Assembly (NCBI GenBank): GCA_030390025.1 | Contig: CM059425.1 | Span: forward strand, 175,896,001-175,960,000 | Length of the DNA stretch: 64,000 nucleotides | Direction: 5' to 3' | Source of the DNA: Squalus acanthias | Lineage: Eukaryota | In this document: positions 59,036-64,000 of the stretch, in pieces | Position numbering within the stretch: the first letter of the stretch is position 1 | How the letters are laid out: each line of letters opens with the position of its first letter | The notes under the pieces: model-generated | Told to the model about the DNA's origin: nothing | Seen by the model: only the letters and a program-made list of their open reading frames with translations | Database searches by the model: none | Program-made: the position numbers and the translations under genes

Positions 59036-61443
59036 AGTCCTTGGCTGGAAGATTTAGGCACAGGTCTCTCCAGGCCGAGATTCAAGGCTCCAATGAGCAG
59101 GGTGTGGCTGGAGTGCAAGATCGACCCTCCCCTTTAAGAACTGTCCGGCGCCAGTGTGTCTGTGTTCCATCGCTAACTGACAGCACCTGTGCTGCGCCCG
59201 CGCTCTGAGTTAGCGCCTCGCTCCTCGGCCTTTGCGCCTTAAGACAGGTGTGTAGCGCCTGATTTAGCGCTCCAATCACCTCCAGGGGCGTTAAAAGTCA
59301 AGTTTGCCGTCGGTGGCGATAATTAGCACCAGGCGCTAATCTTTGCGCCCGGCCGATAATTGCGCCCCAAATGGGGCGATACTGAATTTCTCCCCCTATA
59401 TGTTTCAATAAGATCCCCTCTCATTCTTCTAAACTCCAATGAGTATAGGCCCAACCTGCTCAACCTTTCTTCATAAGAGAACCCCTTCATCTCCGGAATC
59501 AACCTCGTGAACCTGCTCTGAACTGCCTCCAATGCAAGTATATCCTTCTTTAAATAAGGAGACCAAAACTGTATGCAGTACTCCAGGTGTGGCCTCACCA
59601 ACGCCCTGTACAGTTGTAACAGGACTTCCCTAAATTTATACTCCATTCCCTTTGCAATAAAGGCCAACATTTCATTTGCCTTCCTAATTACTTGCTGTAC
59701 CTGCATGCTAACTTTTTGTGATTCATGTACAAGGACCCCCAGATCCCTCTGTACCTCAGCATTTTGTAATCTCTCCCCATTTAAATAATAATTTGCTTTT
59801 TTATTTTTCCTACCAAAGTGGATAACCTCGCATTTTCCCACTTTAAACGCCATCTGCCAGATTTTTGCCCACTCACTTAGCCTATCTATATCCCTTTGGA
59901 GATTTTTTGCGTCCTCCACACAATTTGCTTTCCCACCTATCTTTGTATCATCAGCAAATTTGGCTACATTGCACTCAGTCCCTTCATCCAAGTCATTAAT
60001 ATAGATTGTAAATAGTTGAGGCCCCAGCACTGATTCCTGCGGCACCCCATTTATCCCGACTCTCTGTTTTTTGTGAGTTAGTCAATTCTCTATCCATTCT
60101 AATACATTACCCCCAACCCCGTGAGCTCTTATCTTGTGTAGTAACCTTTTATGTGGCACCTTATCGAATGCCTTCTGGAAATCCAAATACACAATATCTA
60201 CTGGTTCCCCTTTATCTACCCTGCTCGTTACTTCCTCAAAGAATTCCAGCAAATTTGTCAAACATGATTTCCCTTTCATAAAACCATGCTGCCTCTGCTT
60301 GACTATATTATGATTTTCTAAATGTCCTGTTACCACTTCCTTAATGATGGACTCCAGCATTTTCCCAATGACAGATGTTAGGCTAACTGGTCGATAGTTG
60401 CCTGCTTTCTGTCTCCCTCCTTTCTTAAATAGGGGCGTTACATTTGCGGTTTTCCAGTCCGCTGGGACCTCTCCAGAATCCAGGGAATTTTGGTAGATTA
60501 CAACCAATGTATCCACTACCTCTGCAGCCATTTCTTTTAAGACTCTAGGATGCAGGCCATCGGGTCCAGGGGACTTGTCCACCTTTAGTCCCATTAGTTT
60601 TCCTGGTACTTTCTCTCTAGTGATAGTGATTGTTTTAAGTTCCCCCCCCCGCCACTCCAATAGCCCCTTGATTATCCATTATTGGGATGCTTTTAGTGTC
60701 TTCTACCATGAAGACTGATACAAAATATTTGTTCAAAGTCTCCACCATTTCCCTGTTTCCCATTATTAATTCCCCAGACTCATCCTCTAGGGGACCAAAG
60801 TTTACTTTAGCTACTCTCCTCCTTTTTATATACCTGTAGAAGCTCTTACTGTCTGTTTATATTTCTTGCTAGCTCACTCTCATAAACTATCTTCTCTCTT
60901 TTTATCATTTTTTTAGTCGTCCTTTGCTGGTTTTAAAAAATTTCCCAATCCTTTGGCCTTTCACTATTCTTCGCAACATTGTATGCTTTTGTTTTCAATT
61001 TGATATCATCCTTTACTTCCTTAGTTAGCCACGGATGGTTCAAGTGACCAAATACCAGCATCAATTACGTTGCAATGTGTCACACAGGATGCTGCAGCAG
61101 GGTCAATTTTCCTGTGGGTCACTGCAAATTGAATTATTGATTTTTTTTCCCAGTGGGGCTTTCTTAAAAAGTCTAGAAAAACTGTGATTGAATATGGTAT
61201 AAATAGCATGATTATGAATTTTAGACTTTGTTCAAACTTACAGATTGTAACTGAACATTGAAAAAATATCGGTTTTGGAAGAACTTTTTACCATATTATT
61301 ACACAGTGCTTGGCCAGGAGAATAAGTGAGACACAATCCCATTTCACTTTACTAATGTCATTCCAAGACCCCAGGCAGAGGTTAGTGGCTCAACTCAGGA
61401 CCTTCCTTGTATGTGTATGTCTGAGTGCTGAACTATATCGATT

Positions 61444-62257
61444 TTAAAAAATTCCTTCCTGGGATGTGGGCATCGCTGGCAAGGCCAGCATTTATTGCCC
61501 ATCACTAATTGCCTTTGAGAAGGTGGTGGTGAGCCGCCTTCCTGAACTATGGCAGTCCGTGTGGTGAAGGTACTCCCACAGTGCTGTTAGGGAGGGAGTT
61601 CCAGGATTTGACCCAGGATGATGAAGGATCGGCGATATACTTCTAAGTCAGGATGGTGTGTGACTTGGAGGGGAACTTGAAGGTGGTGGTGTTCCCATGA
61701 GTCTGTGGCCCTTGTTCTTCTAGGTGGATGAGGTCACGGGTTTGGGAGGTGCTGTCAAAGAACCCTTAGCGAGTTGCTGCAGTACATCTTGTAGATGGTA
61801 CACACTGAAGACACGGTGCACCGGTGGTGGAGGGAGTGAATGTTTAAGGTGGTGGATGGGGTGCCAATCAAACGGGCTGCTTTGTCCTGGATGGTGTTGA
61901 GCTTCTTGAGTGTTGTTGGAGCTGCACTCATCCAGGCAAGTGGAGAGTATTCCATCACACTCCTTACTTGTGCCTTGCAGATGGTGGAAAGGCTTTGGGG
62001 AGTCAGGAGGTGAGACACTCGCCACAGAATACCTAGCCTCTGACCTGCTCTTGTAGCCACAGTATTTATGTGGCTGGTCCAGTTAAGTTGCTAGTCAACG
62101 GTGACCCCCAGGATGTTGATGGTGGGGGATTTGGCGATGGTAATGCCATTGAATGTCAAGGGGCGGCGGTTAGACTCTTGCTTGTTGGAGATAGTCATTG
62201 CCTGGCACTTGTGTGGCGCGAATGTTACTTGCCACTTATCAGCCCAAGCCTGAATGC
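61444..62257 (-). mobile_element. 3' fragment of the second non-LTR family
   Basis: Near-copy of 14373-15150 (KAQVRSVMEYSPLAW). Confidence 0.85.
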
Positions 62258-64000
62258 CATAGAAACGTAGAAACATAGAAGATAGGAGCAGGAGTAGGCC
62301 ATTCGGCCCCTCGAGCCTGCTCTGCCATTCAATGCGATCATGGCTGATCATCCAAATTCAGTACCCTGTCCCTGCTTTCTCCCCATATCCCTTGATTCCC
62401 TTAGCCTTAAGAAATATATCTAACTCCTTCTTGAATATATTTAATGAATTAGCCTCAACTGCCTTCTGTGGTAGAGAATTCCACAGGTTCACCATTCTCT
62501 GGGTGAAGAAATTCCTCCTCATCTCAGTACTAAATGGCTTACCCCTTATCCTTAGTCTGTGACCCCTGGTTCTGGACTCCCCCGCCATTGGGAACATCCT
62601 TCCTGCATCTAGTCTGTCTAGTCCTGTTAGAATTTTATAAGTTTCAATGAGATTCCCTCTCATTCTTCTAAACTCTAGCGAATATAAGCCTAATCGACCC
62701 AATCTCTCTTCAAACGTCATTCCTGCCATCCCAGGTATCAGTCTGGTGAATCTTCGCTGCACTCCCTCCATGGCAAGAACATCCTTCCTCAGATAAGGCG
62801 ACCAAAACTGCACACAATACTCAAGATGTGGTCTCACCAAGGCCCTGTACAACTGCAGCAAGACATCCTTGCTCCTGTACTCGAATCCTCTCGCTATGAA
62901 GGCCAACATACCATTTGCCTTCTTAACCGTCTGCTGCACCTGCATGCTTACTTTCAGCGACTGGTGCACAAGGACACCCAGGTCTCGTTGCATTTCCCCT
63001 TTTCCCAATCTATTGCCGTTCAGATAATAATCTGCCTTCCTGTTTTTGCCACCAAAGTGGATAACCTTGCATTTATCCACATTATACTGCATCTGCCATG
63101 CATCTGCCCAATCACCCAACCTGTCCAAATCATACTGGAGTTTCTCTGCATCCTCCTCACAGCACACACGCCCACCCAGCTTTGTGTCGTCTGCAAACTT
63201 GAAGATATTACATCGAGTTCCCTCGTCTAGATCATTTATATATATTGTGAATAACTGGGGTCCTAGCACCGATCCCTGCGGTACCCCACTAGTCACTGCC
63301 TGCCACTCGGAAAAAGACCTGTTTATTCCAACTCTTTGCTTCCTGTCTGCCAACCAGTTTTCTATCCAAGTCAGTACCTTACCCCCAATCCCATGTGCTT
63401 TAACTTTGCACGCTAATCTCTTATGCGGGACTTTATCGCAAGCCTTCTGAAAGTCCAAATACACCACATCCACTGGTTCACCCTTATCTATTCTACCAGT
63501 TACATCCTCAAAAAATTCCAGTAGATTAGACAAGCATGATTTACCTTTTGTAAATTCATGTTGATTTTGTCCGATCCTGTCACTGTTTTCCAAGTGTTCT
63601 GCTATTACATCTTTTATAATGGACTCTAGCATTTTGCCTCTAGCATGTCAGGCTTACCGGTCTATAATTCCCTGTTTTCTCTCTGCCACCTTTTTTAAAT
63701 AGTGGGTTACATTAGCTACCCTCCAATCCATGGGAACTGTTCCAGAGTCTATAGAATTTTGGAATATGACCAGCAATGCATCTATTATTTCAAGGGCCAC
63801 TTCCTTAAGTACCCTAGGATGTAGATTATCAGGCCCTGGGGATTTATCGGCCTTCAATCCCGTCAATTTCCCTAACACCATTTCCCTACAAATACTGATT
63901 TCATTCAGTTCCTCCCTCTCATTAGACCCTATGTACCCCGACCTCTCTGGGAGGTTAGTTGTGTCCTCCTTTGTGAAGACAGAACCAAAGTATGTATTAA
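62258..64000 (-). mobile_element. CR1 LINE (RT region and 3' tail), continuing beyond the window
   Basis: ORF 62358..63632 with GVPQGSVLGP and FADD, ORF 63654..63881 with KSPGPD, and a (tttctatg)n tail. Confidence 0.9.

Larger units (their letters stand above)
42604..59396 (+). mobile_element. Complete PIF/Harbinger DNA transposon carrying provirus 2
   Basis: 15-bp TIRs GGGGGAAAAATTCAG / CTGAATTTCTCCCCC (one mismatch), 3-bp TSD TAT, and convergent transposase and Myb/SANT genes. Confidence 0.92.
42222..61040 (-). mobile_element. 5'-truncated CR1 split by the Harbinger transposon
   Basis: Tail and 3' UTR at 42222-42603. RT continues at 59400-61040 (ORFs 59323..60045 and 60082..60660). Removing 42604-59399 restores gaatcttatatgtttcaataagatc. 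Confidence 0.9.

Overview
This is vertebrate genomic DNA, most likely from a cartilaginous fish (inferred from an HE1/V-SINE and CR1 tail repeats). It consists almost entirely of nested mobile elements, and I can support no host protein-coding gene. The main features are two related, full-length, young endogenous retrovirus-like proviruses: 18017-34081 (minus strand, inside a CR1 LINE) and 45991-58627 (plus strand, inside an intron of a Harbinger DNA transposon). Both have ~1.6 kb LTRs, 4-bp target duplications and a tRNA-Arg primer binding site. Gag carries a PSAPPSY late domain and a CCHC knuckle. Pol reads PR-RT-dead RNase H-active RNase H-IN and is separated from gag only by an in-frame UGA-CUA stop. 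Env has a paramyxovirus-F-like layout and an N-terminal immunoglobulin-like signature. This architecture best fits the lokiretrovirus lineage. Comparing the two diverged copies shows conserved cis-elements: a splice donor in the LTR, an env acceptor, 3' UTR hairpins and a U5 hairpin. The rest is CR1, L2 and other LINE pieces, Harbinger transposons and MITEs, a SINE, a minisatellite and a ~1.1 kb microhomology-bounded inversion. All calls come from reading the sequence by eye; no database search was run.
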